A stretch of 62,122 bases of DNA, counting the filler. It is 15 parts of 15 records of this genome, joined end to end, with 100 filler letters (N's around TTAATTAATTAA, not from the genome) between each part and the next. Parts side by side here need not be neighbours in the genome. Positions count along the whole stretch, not along the records: positions 11,084 to 14,441 come from SRR7504441_70064; positions 14,542 to 17,614 come from SRR7504441_70075; positions 17,715 to 22,094 come from SRR7504441_70078; 12 more parts are not named here. One strand, given 5' to 3'. Within the stretch, counting starts at the first letter, position 1, and every line of letters begins with the position of its first letter. Below, piece by piece: positions 11,084 through 22,194 of this stretch. The position numbers and the translations under genes were made by a program. The notes beneath the pieces were generated by a model. That model was not told the origin of the DNA, ran no database searches, and was given only the letters and a program-made list of their open reading frames with translations.

Positions 11084-13422
11084 TTGCAACAGAAGCAGGA
11101 TTGAGGGCATCAAGTGGTCCATCAGCAGCTGGGTAATAGCTGGGAGCTCAGTCTCAACAAGCGCAATGCACACCTGGCCAGCCAAGCGATCAGTGGGCTG
11201 CCGACGCACCACAGGCAACAGTTAAGAGGCTCAGCTCGCCGGACCTTGAGTGCGAGGTGGGCCTGGTACAAGTCGCTCTCTGAAATCAGCGGGGCGAGCC
11301 CTTCGACCAGCTCGAGCATGACTTGCTCAGAGATCCGGGCCACATTCTTGCTGCGGATCAGCACCTCGAGAGTCTGCAGCGAAGATTGCTTCACAGCTGT
11401 CAGCTTCTTCCGGAAAAAGTCGACGAGCTGCTTGACTGCAGTCTCGACAGTCTCCCCAAGGTCGATATCATGCTGGGCCAGTGACCCGATCCCAATAATC
11501 CCGGGGGTGCGGGTGGTTTCGTTACCTAGGCGATCAGTCAATACCTCGAGTACCCCGCCCAGCTGAGATTTGAGACTGCTCTGTCCAAAGTGCGCCATCA
11601 GAGTGCACATGGCCTCGATCGCACACTCCTTGACCTCTTGGTCGATATCCTGGGTCAGGAAGCGGAGTGATACAGCGTCGTAGATCGGCTGCACATGCTG
11701 CACCAGGCTCTTGTCATCTGCCTGGGCGATGATGGTGGTCACTATCTTCAATACCCGCAGCGATTCTGCGGAGACCTTGAAGTACGTGTCTTGAGCCCCG
11801 TCCTTGCCCAGCACGCCATCCAGGATCTGTCCCAGGTGCGGCTCAAGCAGTGCGCTGTCGTGCCCCTTCAGGACGGTACACAGTAGCCGAAGCGCCTCGA
11901 GCTTCAGTGTCGTGGTGGTGGGCGCGACAAGGGAGCGCTTCAGCCCGCTGATCATCTGGCCAATGCCATCGGCAGAAAGTGCTGACGGCAGGACGTTGAG
12001 CACCTCTGACATCACTGCGATTGCGCCCACCCGAGTCTTGATCTTCTTCTGACGCTTATTGTTCAGATCTTTGGCAAGGATTTTCACCACCCTCGGCACA
12101 CGCGCCATCAGCGCTCCAATCGCCCCATCCTCTGGAGAGCCGCTGTCGATCTCCATTGCATCGGGCGAGCTCTCAGTGGCAATCGAATTGGCCACAAGCT
12201 TGGTCTGCTTCACGAGGGCCGCAAATGCGTTGAACACCTCCAATTTGACGGGCTCAAGCGGCTCCTTGAACCGGCCAATCAACGTGTCGGCCACAGTGTC
12301 GTAGAGCTGCGCCAGCTGGTCACTCCTGGTCGACGCAATTGACTTTACACACTTGGCCGCAGCCCGCCGGACCTTGTAGCTGGTGTCCTCATCAAAGTCC
12401 TCATCGTCCCATTCCTCCTCCTCCTCGTCCTCTTCCTCGTCGTCCTCCTCCTCATCGTCATCGTCGTCGTCCTCACAAAACGGATTGTAGTTGAGCAGTC
12501 GGAGCGAAACCTCCTGGATCTGGGCCAAGTGCCGGTTGGCGTCTCGCGGGCAGCGCAGCACAAATGCGTCGAACACCTGGATGATGTTCTCCATCAGCTC
12601 GAACACTGGGTCCTCTTGCTCCTCCTGCTCCTGCAGCGCCACGAGCACCTCAGAGAGCAACGGCACCATTCTGTCCATAAAGGGCCCCACCCTCGCCCCA
12701 CACTGCCGGGCGACTGATCCAATCGCCTGGATGGCCGTCCGCTGCTGCTCAATTGCGGCCCGGTTGCTGTCGACGTTTGAGATCAGGAATTCCATCAGGT
12801 GACTGAACAGCTGGTTCGACAGCGAGGGCGCCAGAAAGCCTATGCACTCCTTGGCTCGGCGTCGTATGGCCGGCTTGGAGGACATCAGGTGCGGCTGCAG
12901 CTCGTCCAGGAATGCCTGGTGCTCCTTGGCAAACAACTGCCCGAACCGCTGCGAGAGGTCCTTCGCCAGCTCCATGCACTCGCTGGCCACCTCCGGCGCG
13001 CCGTCCGCCATGCCACCAATCAGCCGCGGGATCAGGCACTTTGTAATGCGCTGGGCGCAGGAGCCCTCCGGCATCTCGGTGATCAGCACCTTGAGCGCAA
13101 GGCTGAACACAGAGCGGCGGTCCTCCTTCCCCTGTACCACTGCCGTGATCATCCGGGTGGCCAGCTCGTCGGCGTTGGCCTCGGAGATGCGGGTGACCAG
13201 GTGCTTGATGCAGGTGTTGCAGTTCTCCTGCACCGGCTTGGAGCTGTCCACCTCCAGCCGCTGCAGCACGAGGTTGCAGATCTTGCGCTCCTGGTCGCCA
13301 TCGAGCCTGAGCGAGCCCGCCTGGAGGCCCTTGTACAGGTCAGCAGTTGCCACGATCCGCAGGTCGGCGTCTGCATTGGTGACCTTCTCGACGATGCTCG
13401 CCAGGGTATAGCTCGACGTCAT
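11084..13422 (-). CDS. CAND1: Cullin-associated NEDD8-dissociated protein 1, 3'-truncated
   Basis: N-terminus EKVTNADADLRIVATADL, acidic tract followed by DTSYKVRRAAAKC, QDIDQEVKECAI and DRLGNETTR. One 71-nt intron at 11174-11244. Confidence 0.92.
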
Positions 13423-13585
13423 ACCGCTGAACCTGGCGCCAGTCCCGAAGCACTCACACCGAGCCTCGGTTGAGTTCCGTTGGAGCTCGCCGTGGCCACG
13501 CATCTGCCACGCCCCCTGAGAGAGTGCGCGACGGTCAGGCCTAGCCAGCTGCTCCGTGCCTGCGTCTGGTGCCAATCGTCCATCG

Positions 13586-14441
13586 ATGTCGAAGCGGAAG
13601 CGCGAGGGGGAGCGCTGGATCCCGCCCAAGCAGGCTTTCCTGCGCAAAGCCCACGAGCTGACCTTCACAGTCCGGGCGGAGCCGAAGAAGCTCGGCAAGG
13701 GCTTTGGCTGGAGCAAGGCCGGGGGGCGGTCCACTCAGCCTCTAGGGGATGACCTGGGCGGCAGTGCCCTGTGCTCGGGCCCCACATTCAACGGAAACGT
13801 GCTGAACTACAGGGACTGCGGTCTGGAGCTGGACGCGTTCATGAGCGGAGCCGAGCCGCTGGACTTTGAGATCCAAACGCTGCCGTATGAATTCAGCACG
13901 GGGTCGCTCGGATGGGAGGGCCACATGAAGCGGACAGTGACTGTGGCTGGAAAGACGCTGCAGCTTCAATGCAATCTAAACTGTCCGATCCTGGGCTCAA
14001 AGGGGGACGACACCGTGCCTCCTGCTGCTCCCGAGAACAAGAAGATACTCGAAGCGCTCGAGGTGATTGGGAAGGCGACTGCCACGGAGAAGGACGATCT
14101 GAAGAGAGTGAGCGGCATTGGGCCTTTCATCGAAGCCCGACTGCACGGGATCGGAATCTTCACCTTCCAGCAGATTGCTAACATGACCCCCGAGATTGAG
14201 GATGATGTGAATGAGGCGATTGAGTACTTTCCCGGGCGAGTGCGCCGCGACCAGTGGGTAGCACAATGTAAGGAGTTTGCCAGGAAGAAATCAGGCGACT
14301 CAAAAGGGAGGAAGAAGAAAGCGTCACTCACAAAGCAGAAGAAGAAGCTCGAGGGAGAAGACGAGGCGGAAGAAGAAGAGATGGACGATTTCATTGTGGA
14401 TAGCAACGATAGCAACGATGGACAAGCCGACTATGACGAGG
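13586..14441 (+). CDS. Putative DNA-binding protein: duplicated FSTGSxGW-type domain, bacterial-type helix-hairpin-helix domain, basic/acidic tail; 3'-truncated
   Basis: DDLKRVSGIGPFIEARLHGIGIFTFQQIA..RDQWVAQ is an HhH module. Internal repeat AFLRKAHEL..GFGW / AFMSGAEPL..FSTGSLGW. KRKR and KKK clusters look like nuclear localisation signals. Confidence 0.72.
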
Positions 14442-14714
14442 NNNNNNNNNNNNNNNNNNNNNNNNNNNNNNNNNNNNNNNNNNNNTTAATTAATTAANNN
14501 NNNNNNNNNNNNNNNNNNNNNNNNNNNNNNNNNNNNNNNNNTGCCCGATCACGCCGATGTTGACCGTGGCCAGGTTGTGTATCGGCGATTAAACGATTCA
14601 GTACAATTATCTCCGTATTTCGTTGAAGCCTGTACTGGTAATATTAAACGATGCCTAATGTAAGCTTAGTCATTACCGATCGAGCAAGATCTCGAGTATT
14701 AAAGTGACCGCTGG

Positions 14715-15926
14715 TTAGGCTGTGAAGTTCTGCGGGACGCGGGTGAACACAATATTGTTGGCGCTCCAGCTGGCCGGCACCCCACTCCCCGGCAGCACTG
14801 TCTCCCAGGCGAGCCCGACAAACTCCTCCGTCGGCATCCGAGACAGGCACGAGTAGCTGTAAGCATTGTGTCCGTTGAGCACCACGCTCTCCCAGCTCTT
14901 GCCGCCGTCCCGCGACCGGCGCACCGTGCCGGAGGCCCGTCCATTGGGCGGCGACTTGGACTCCTTATCTGTACCGTGCCCAGGATTGGCATGAAACATA
15001 GCCCCAGGCTGGCCTCCATTGATCATTGTCGCCATACACTCCGGCTCCACCAACGCTGGATCGAATCCGAGCTCACCAAATGAATCGGCCCCGTCTCGCG
15101 AGTGGGTAGTGGCTCGGCAGTCGCACTTGCCAGGTCCGTGGAAGATCCCGTTGCGGCTCGAGCTGAGCACGCCACCCTCGGGGGTCTCCGCAATTGCCGT
15201 CTCGGCGATGGCCGGTTCGCAGAACGGGTCGGTGCCCGAGGCGTTCTTGCTCATGTGGTACGTCTCACCGCCGTCGTCAGAATACCAGAACACGCCACAA
15301 CCATTCATCCGACCGGTGAAGACCAACCGATGCGGATGGAACCTGTTTGACGCGGACAGCTGCACCCCGGCCCCAGCCGAGGCCCAGAAGCTCACGCTGC
15401 CGTCGCCCTTGGGTCCCTCCTGGAACAGCATGGATAAGTTCCGGGGCGCGGTCCAGCTCTCGCCCAAGTCGTAGCTCTTGTGCTCCTGGATCGGGACCCC
15501 GGGCAGCCCGCTGGTCCAGTGCGCGATGAGCACCTTGTGTCGATCGTCCCATACCACTTGCCCGTTTTGGGACTCCCGAGACACCACCCGCAGTTGGGAC
15601 CAACTAGCCCCAAGGTCGTCGCTATGTTTGGCGCAAAGCGTGTTCCGGATGACAGGGTTGCCCCCGACCGGGGCGGCCAGATGCAGGCCGTTGCAGTCCT
15701 CCGGATGGGTGGTGCAGCTCCCGAAGGCGATCAGCCGGGAGTTGTTGGCCAACACCAGAGACGGAATGTATGTGCACGCAAAGACGGTGCCATCCGTGGC
15801 CTGGTCGTACGGCCAAAACACATTGAACGTGTCGAAGCCGGCTGCGATCTCCGGCCGAGGCGGCTCCGGCCGTGGCTGCTGGGCCGCGGCGGCGACCAAC
15901 AGTCCGAGGAGCGGCGCAACCTTCAT
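14715..15926 (-). CDS. Secreted BNR/Asp-box sialidase-like protein (GH33-like fold), intronless
   Basis: Signal peptide MKVAPLLGLLVAAAA. Asp-boxes SDDLGASW, SYDLGESW, SDDGGETY and SRDGGKSW, then YSYS. Confidence 0.85.
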   Translation of the reverse strand: MKVAPLLGLLVAAAAQQPRPEPPRPEIAAGFDTFNVFWPYDQATDGTVFACTYIPSLVLANNSRLIAFGSCTTHPEDCNGLHLAAPVGGNPVIRNTLCAKHSDDLGASWSQLRVVSRESQNGQVVWDDRHKVLIAHWTSGLPGVPIQEHKSYDLGESWTAPRNLSMLFQEGPKGDGSVSFWASAGAGVQLSASNRFHPHRLVFTGRMNGCGVFWYSDDGGETYHMSKNASGTDPFCEPAIAETAIAETPEGGVLSSSRNGIFHGPGKCDCRATTHSRDGADSFGELGFDPALVEPECMATMINGGQPGAMFHANPGHGTDKESKSPPNGRASGTVRRSRDGGKSWESVVLNGHNAYSYSCLSRMPTEEFVGLAWETVLPGSGVPASWSANNIVFTRVPQNFTA

Positions 15927-16004
15927 TCTCGGCGACGAGTTTTATTTATTTTTATTCACCTAAAAAGGCACGCGGCGCCGCTGTACCGGAGCGGTGACGG
16001 TGCG

Positions 16005-17367
16005 ATGTTCAGCCCACCGCGGCCGGCGTCGGGCGGCCCGGCGGCCGGCAGCTGCCCGCTCACGAGCGCCGAGCTGCAGTTTGTCCGGAGCTACAAGGCC
16101 CCGCCCCCGGCCCGGGCCCGGCCGGCGCACGCCCGGTGGTCCGGCGCGTCCAGGGACCCCGTGGCGCACCTGGAGCAGCTAGAACCGCTCGACTGGCCGC
16201 TCCAGCCGCTGCCGGCCGCCCGGATCGCCCGAGACAATCTGGCCAAGTGGCGCCGGCGCAGGGAAGCCGAGGAGCGGGAGATGCCTCGCCGACCCAAGAG
16301 CGCCCCAAGCCGGCAGTACGCGCCCAGGGCTCGGCTCGGGCTCGACTTTGATCAGTGGTGCCGGAAGAAGCGAGCCCAGGAGCTGGCTTGGCGGGAGAAG
16401 CTGCGGCGCGGGCAGGCGTCGATGCCAGAGCGGAAGCATAAGCGGATCGTGGACGGGGAGGATAAGAGGGTGTGGTCGGCTGGTGAGCTGTGGACCTGAT
16501 GTGTGGCCAGGACCAAGAATACGGGCTGCGGGGAGGGGAGGTGAACAGAGGGCGGAAGTTGCTCCCGAGCTACTTGATGCTGCTCAAGAGCGACAATCCC
16601 AAGGTCACCAAGTTGCGTGGTGAGCCGTTTGTGTTTGTGCTGTGGCATTGACACCGTGGTCGCTAGGGATGCGTTTCGAGATGATTCGATCCCAGATGCG
16701 GAACTATGGACTGGAGCTGGACCAGAGCTTTATATTGCAGGCGCGCAAGGCCTTCTCGATGCTGTGTAGGGTCGGGTCTGCCGATCTGAATCAGTTTGAT
16801 CAAGTGATGCGAAGGCTCGGACTCAAGGACGTGTACGTGAACGATCGGATCTTCAAGTGTTTCGACGTGGACGGCTCTGGGCTGGTGGACTTTGGCGAGT
16901 TCTGTCTCGGGCTGACAGCGGCGTGGGAGACCACGCTGGCGGACAAGATGGTCACATACTTCAGTGCAATAGACAAGGACGGCGATGGGTGACCCTCAGC
17001 TGTGACAACTGAGAGGAGCTGGTGGGGCAGGTCTCTGGGACGGGAGGAGATCGAAGCAATGCTGATAGGCTCCAAGCAGTGGCAGGACCAGAAGGAGATA
17101 CGGCAGATCGTGAACTTGATCTTTGATATGATAGATCCACTGAATCGAGGTGACATCTCTAGGGACGACTTCCTTGACGGAATGATCTCAAACCCTGAGT
17201 TGATCAGCATATTCGATAAGTGCTTCGGTACAAGTTCGTCTCAATCTTCGACGATTCGAGCTAGTAAGGAGCTTGACATTGTGAAGCGGGAGGTTGGTAT
17301 CTCAACTGACATCCACAGTGAGTCGGGGTACCAGAAGATTGCGCTTCAAGATCAAAAGTGTTGGTGA
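16005..17367 (+). CDS. EF-hand protein (calcineurin B / neuronal calcium sensor-like C-terminus), 3 introns
   Basis: DVDGSGLVDFGE, DKDGDG|SLGREE and DPLNRGDISRDD loops. Introns of 41, 47 and 42 nt. Confidence 0.8.
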
Positions 17368-17454
17368 ATGCTAGTTAACATAAAAACAATGATCATGCAC
17401 TGTATTTCGTTTGACTATACTAGTATTCACCAAAGATCTTTTTATGGTTTATTT

Positions 17455-17614
17455 TTAAGCTCCGATGACATCACAGAAGAAGCTGCCGCTGTAATCAGTC
17501 TCATAAGCGATTTCATAAATGGTCGAGGCTAGTATGGCAAGCGTGAGCCCGACGCCCACTATTATCGCCACCCCCAAGAACGCTTTGCCAAGGGACGTCT
17601 CAGCAACCTCTCCG
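17455..17614 (-). CDS. C-terminal fragment of a membrane protein
   Basis: Open frame from the contig edge: ...KAFLGVAIIVGVGLTLAILASTIYEIAYE...GA-TAA, containing one TM helix. Confidence 0.45.
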
Positions 17615-17714
17615 NNNNNNNNNNNNNNNNNNNNNNNNNNNNNNNNNNNNNNNNNNNNTTAATTAATTAANNNNNNNNNNNNNNNNNNNNNNNNNNNNNN
17701 NNNNNNNNNNNNNN

Positions 17715-20098
17715 GTAGGGAGAGGAGGACACTTGTTCAGATTTTGGTTTCCGCGAGCAACGGAGTTCTGAATGAATGCTGTTTTCGGGTTTGAAATGCT
17801 CGGCAAGTCGTTTGAACAACCAGCCCGTGCTCCCGCGCCACAGCCCTTAGTCGGGTCGGGACTGCAGCAGGAATAAGCTGTATTGCGCTCTGAAACCGAA
17901 TTCTCAGATACCACCCCAATGTTGGCGCCGAAGCCTCCCGTATTGCGTCGCAATACCCAGTAAGACATCATTGTGCAGTTCCCACTGCCGCAATTTCCAC
18001 CGGCGTCGATAAACCCGTTACTGCCCCAGTGAGACTCGACGTAGGTATCTGTGATCTCAATACGGTGATTTGGTTCAAACCAGGGACCACCCCCCTCGCC
18101 CATGATCCCACCCAGTCGTTTGTGCACCATCTTGGAAACCACCCAATCGTGTGCCACACCATACAATTGGAAGTGCCCGCCGTCCTGCTGCGTGTTGTTG
18201 TGCCAAATAATCCGGCCGCGAAACGGACTGACAGTGACAAACGACGTGCGGTCTAAGGCCGGCTCGAACATGGAGTCGAGCTGGACTGTCGAACATAGAG
18301 ACCGGTTGTTAACTCCACAGGTTTGAGGCCACGAGACAATTCGTCTCATCTGTCCGGCACCCGTACCGTTCATGACTGTCACTGCCCCTCCTAGGACATC
18401 TTGCCCACCGGTGGTTAAGACGCAAGGGTCGACGCCAGCCGCCTGTCCCTCAGCGCACGGTGCCAGAGTAACTGTCGGTTGAGTGAGGCTTGAGCTTTGG
18501 ACAGGCCCGAAGAAGTAGGCTTGCAAGGTGTCGAGCGTCATCATCTCTCTATCGCCACCGTATGCAAACTGGTAGCTGTTTCGGCCAAAATACAGATTCT
18601 GAGAGAAGCCTCCTTGATACGTGTCGATGTTGGAGCCAAAAGCTTGCATCGCCACTCCGACCCAGTTGTTGTCCTCAAACGCCACCTGATGCACTTGATT
18701 GAACCAATGCGCGGCGTTCCCACTCCACAGCTTGTTCCGTGCAACAAGCCCATACGAAGCGTTAGTGGCAAAGTGCCCATTACCGATGGAAATCCACGCC
18801 GAGTAAATGTCGCTGTCTGACACCTCAAAGTTGGTGACCCCATCGATCAGCACAGCGGGCGATCTTCCGCCGAACCAGGTGAAATTGCACACTTGTGGTG
18901 GGTGGGCCCGGCCGCTCACGCAGAAAGACTCCTGGCAACGGGCGCTCAATCAACAGCGTGACAAGCATGGGACCTGGCTAGAGAACGGCTGCGCCCGCAC
19001 TATCACCCGCCGTATGGTCACCCCCGAGTGGAAGCGCTGCAGATTGAAGATCGAATAGTAGTAGCCGGCGCTGGCTGTGTAGATAGTGAGGTCCTCTACC
19101 CCCCACCCGCCTGTCATGTTGGACGTTATGTAACCACTGGCCGGAGCATCAGCCATGCTTTGCGCTGAAAAGGTCAGCCAAGTTGAGGCCGCTCCGGCCC
19201 CTTTCAGGATTGTGTTAGCGGGCAGGTTGATTTGTCCTGTGTAGCTGTATACACCAGGAGGCAGGTACACCACGCCACCTCCCGCAGCGCCAGCCGCGTC
19301 GAGCCCTGCCTGGGTGGCCTGCTGCACCTGCTGGGCGGAGGGGGCAGGCCGGTCCGGCAGCTGGGTGATGCGGACCGGAAACACTCGCTGCGGCCACCTC
19401 GCCCGAGCCGGCGGTCGCACAGTCAGCTCGCCGCGCCTCGCCGGGGCCACGCTGCTTTCGAAGAAGGGACGCATAGGGACGAACAGCGACGGACTGAGTC
19501 CGTTGGAGCTCCACACTTGGTAGCTGCCGGGGGCGAGCTGCGGCGGGATCCGGAACCTGGCGGTGTACGGGTCGTTGGGAAAGGTCGGGTCCATTTCGAC
19601 GCGCGCGGCCACCTTGCCTGACTGATCCCGCAGCTCCAGCAACGAGGGGTCGCCTCGGCCTGAAGGCAGGTGGATGGACCGGCCAAATAGCCGCACCCAC
19701 CCGCCAGGTGTGCTGAAATCGCCGGCGTCGCCCAGGAGCCACCAGATTTCAGCAGTGTTTACAGTGATGGCCGGCCCGGCGCCCGGCGTGACTCTGTAAG
19801 CTGTCCACAGCTGCTCAGACGGGGGAAGCACGAGCGTCAGGCCCGAGCTGCTGGCGTTGGCAGGTGCGACCGTCCGGCCTGCCGACCAGCCCCGCCGCGT
19901 CTCATTCCACTGCTGCAGCAGCACTGGGGTGCGCAGGTCGGCGCCGTACGTCTGCAGAACCAGCGTCTCGTTGGATCCCACCGGGTGCGAAGCCCAGGCG
20001 GTGACAGGCGTGCCTGCGGCCCTCCCAATGACCGTAGCCGCCACAACCAGCGCACTCAACACGCGCGACCGCTCGGACCTGGACGGCGTCGAGCTCAT
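17715..20098 (-). CDS. Secreted parallel beta-helix (pectate-lyase-superfamily-like) carbohydrate-active protein, 3'-truncated
   Basis: Hydrophobic leader, then AAGAAGGGVVYLPPGVY and NTILKGAG, and Asn/Gly-rich coils. A 42-nt intron at 18932-18973 joins two ORFs. Confidence 0.75.
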
Positions 20099-20286
20099 TC
20101 GTTCCGTTTCCGTTGCGCGGAGTGAGCGTCTGCCAGCGACGTAATTGATAGCCTTGCTACACAATGATGGTGTTTTGTGGACATTGATTTAAATGTGATT
20201 TAATTCAGTTCATGATTCATGCTTAAAATTCATGCAACGATGATTGTTCAATGCGGATTTCAAGATGACAAAATCAAAATCAAAAT

Positions 20287-21894
20287 TTACGACGTGTATG
20301 CCTCTGATAGCGTTGGCCCCACTGCACTAAGCCAGAAGCCTAGCACATCCTCCACCTTTCCCAGCTGGCTGTGGTCTGACGTGTCCCACCCGCTGAGTCC
20401 TAGTGTACCCGTAACGACGCAAGCTGCCGCGCTTCCGTCAGGCAGCACGACCGCCACGGCACCGTTACTACCACCATGACCAAATATCATACCTCCGTCG
20501 CGTGTGAATCCATAGGGCATGATGTTGAGCCCACACGGGTGACCGGGCGGCGAGACCTCAAATGCCGCATCAATTGTCTCCTTCATGAGCACTTTGGAGT
20601 TTTGGCGGTTGCTGTCGCCTCCAAAGGCTTGCATGGCGCGCGCCACGCCAAGGGTTGTGCCAGTGAAGCCACTCGCACCGTAGCTCCAGCCCCGTCTCAC
20701 ATTGAAGTTGTTGTAGTGCGCAATTTCCTTGCATGTCGTCTCACCGTCGTTGTTCGTCACCACCGTGTATCCGCGTGCCAAACGACCCCTCTCGGCCCCC
20801 ACATCTGCCATGGAGGGCATGCGTGCGTCGCCCATCCAACACACGTCGTCCGCTGCGCCAACCTTGGCAAGCACCCGCGTCTCGATGAACTTAGGGATAT
20901 TGGATGCTTCCTCCGTCCGACCACCGCGCTGCAGCGCCGCACCAATCACCAGGTGCAGCACGCTGTAGATGTTGTCGCAGTATTCGTACTTGCTGCCTGC
21001 AGCGTGTGCCCGCTTGCCATTGTTCAACATCGATCTGGGCGCGTCGCCACCTGTATCTACCAATGGAAGCGAGTCTGGTGCATCGGTGAAGCCAGTCGTG
21101 TGCTGCAGGCACTGGCGAATTGTAGTCGTGTATGCGTCGCAGCCCTCGTCAATCCCAAAGAGGCTACCTAGCGTGTCATCCAGGGACAGCAACCCGTCGT
21201 CGACCAGGGCTAAAAGGCAGGCGGTGTGGATCGTCTTGCCAATGCTGCCGATACCGACTCCATGCGTTGGGAGCATAGGCGTCTGTGTCTCCAGGTCAGA
21301 GAAGCCAAACGCGCGCTGCAGGACTGGCTCGCCGCCCGGCCCAATGATACAAAGCGAGGCACCTGGGACGCGCGTTTTGACCAGCCAGTCCACAAGAACT
21401 TCCTCCACCCGGCTGTATTTGTGGTCCTTCACGTCACCCGCGCGCGGAATATTAATAGCAGTCCAGGCCGGCGTAGTTTGCACAAGGGTGCTAGTGATAG
21501 CGTACTGCTCCCGAACTCGCGCAATATCATCCTGTAGGAATTCAGTGGTTGACTGCACGTGCGCTGACGCTGTGTTGCCAAACTCCAGTTCCACACGGTC
21601 GAGCATCAGGTTGACAGTTCCCGGCGGTACCGGGACATCAGGCTGCGGTACAACGTGCTGCGCACCCACCATAACGTTACACTTTGGACAGTAGATGCAC
21701 CGCACTCCATTCTCCGACTCTTCAACGATCATCACCTTGTGCTTGCTGCCGTCTTGGAGCTCCGCCACGTCCGGCGCAAAGTACCAACATGGTTGACTAC
21801 ACCAGGTGAAGATCCAGGCCTCGTTGATGCGTTCGCCAGACATGAGCCTAGCACCACACGCCTTGCAGGCAGCGGAACAAGGGCCTGTGGACAT
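20287..21894 (-). CDS. Yippee/Mis18-like zinc domain fused to a beta-lactamase-family serine hydrolase, intronless
   Basis: N-terminal CKAC...CPKC pair. C-terminal VPGASL, AFGFSDLE, GSIGK (SxxK), TIRQCLQHTTG, YEYCD and FGHGG. Confidence 0.8.
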   Translation of the reverse strand: MSTGPCSAACKACGARLMSGERINEAWIFTWCSQPCWYFAPDVAELQDGSKHKVMIVEESENGVRCIYCPKCNVMVGAQHVVPQPDVPVPPGTVNLMLDRVELEFGNTASAHVQSTTEFLQDDIARVREQYAITSTLVQTTPAWTAINIPRAGDVKDHKYSRVEEVLVDWLVKTRVPGASLCIIGPGGEPVLQRAFGFSDLETQTPMLPTHGVGIGSIGKTIHTACLLALVDDGLLSLDDTLGSLFGIDEGCDAYTTTIRQCLQHTTGFTDAPDSLPLVDTGGDAPRSMLNNGKRAHAAGSKYEYCDNIYSVLHLVIGAALQRGGRTEEASNIPKFIETRVLAKVGAADDVCWMGDARMPSMADVGAERGRLARGYTVVTNNDGETTCKEIAHYNNFNVRRGWSYGASGFTGTTLGVARAMQAFGGDSNRQNSKVLMKETIDAAFEVSPPGHPCGLNIMPYGFTRDGGMIFGHGGSNGAVAVVLPDGSAAACVVTGTLGLSGWDTSDHSQLGKVEDVLGFWLSAVGPTLSEAYTS

Positions 21895-21939
21895 TACTGT
21901 ACCTCTGGTGCCGTTTGCCCCGTTTCCGTTGAGCCGGCC

Positions 21940-22094
21940 ATGCCGCAGCGGCTCCTGCGCTTTGCAGTGGCGCAGGACGGAGTCCAGCTGGCCGCGGCCG
22001 GCGGCTCAGTGCCGTACGGCGCTGTGGACCAGCTGCTCGGCACCGACATACAGACCGGGCTGACCGCGGGCGAGGCTGCGGCCCGGCTCGCACA
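21940..22094 (+). CDS. Probable P-type cation ATPase N-terminus (truncated)
   Basis: LGTDIQTGLTAGEAAARLA matches the GLTxxEAxxRL motif of the cation-ATPase N-terminal domain. Confidence 0.55.
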
Positions 22095-22194
22095 NNNNNN
22101 NNNNNNNNNNNNNNNNNNNNNNNNNNNNNNNNNNNNNNTTAATTAATTAANNNNNNNNNNNNNNNNNNNNNNNNNNNNNNNNNNNNNNNNNNNN

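Noticed and set aside
11174-11244. 71-nt CAND1 intron (and the 67-nt intron at 9506-9572) as tandem or nested introns
   Set aside because: The internal candidate junction is TG|GT in CAND1 and AG|TT in ANAPC5, and nested models break the frame. Treated as single longer introns and as counter-examples.
12395-12475. (TCC/TCG)n low-complexity tract
   Set aside because: Encodes the normal acidic loop of CAND1.
18932-18973. In-frame TGA between abutting ORFs suggesting readthrough, selenocysteine or a recoded stop
   Set aside because: The TGA lies in a 42-nt GT-AG intron (at the branch-motif position). TAA, TAG and TGA all serve as real stops elsewhere.
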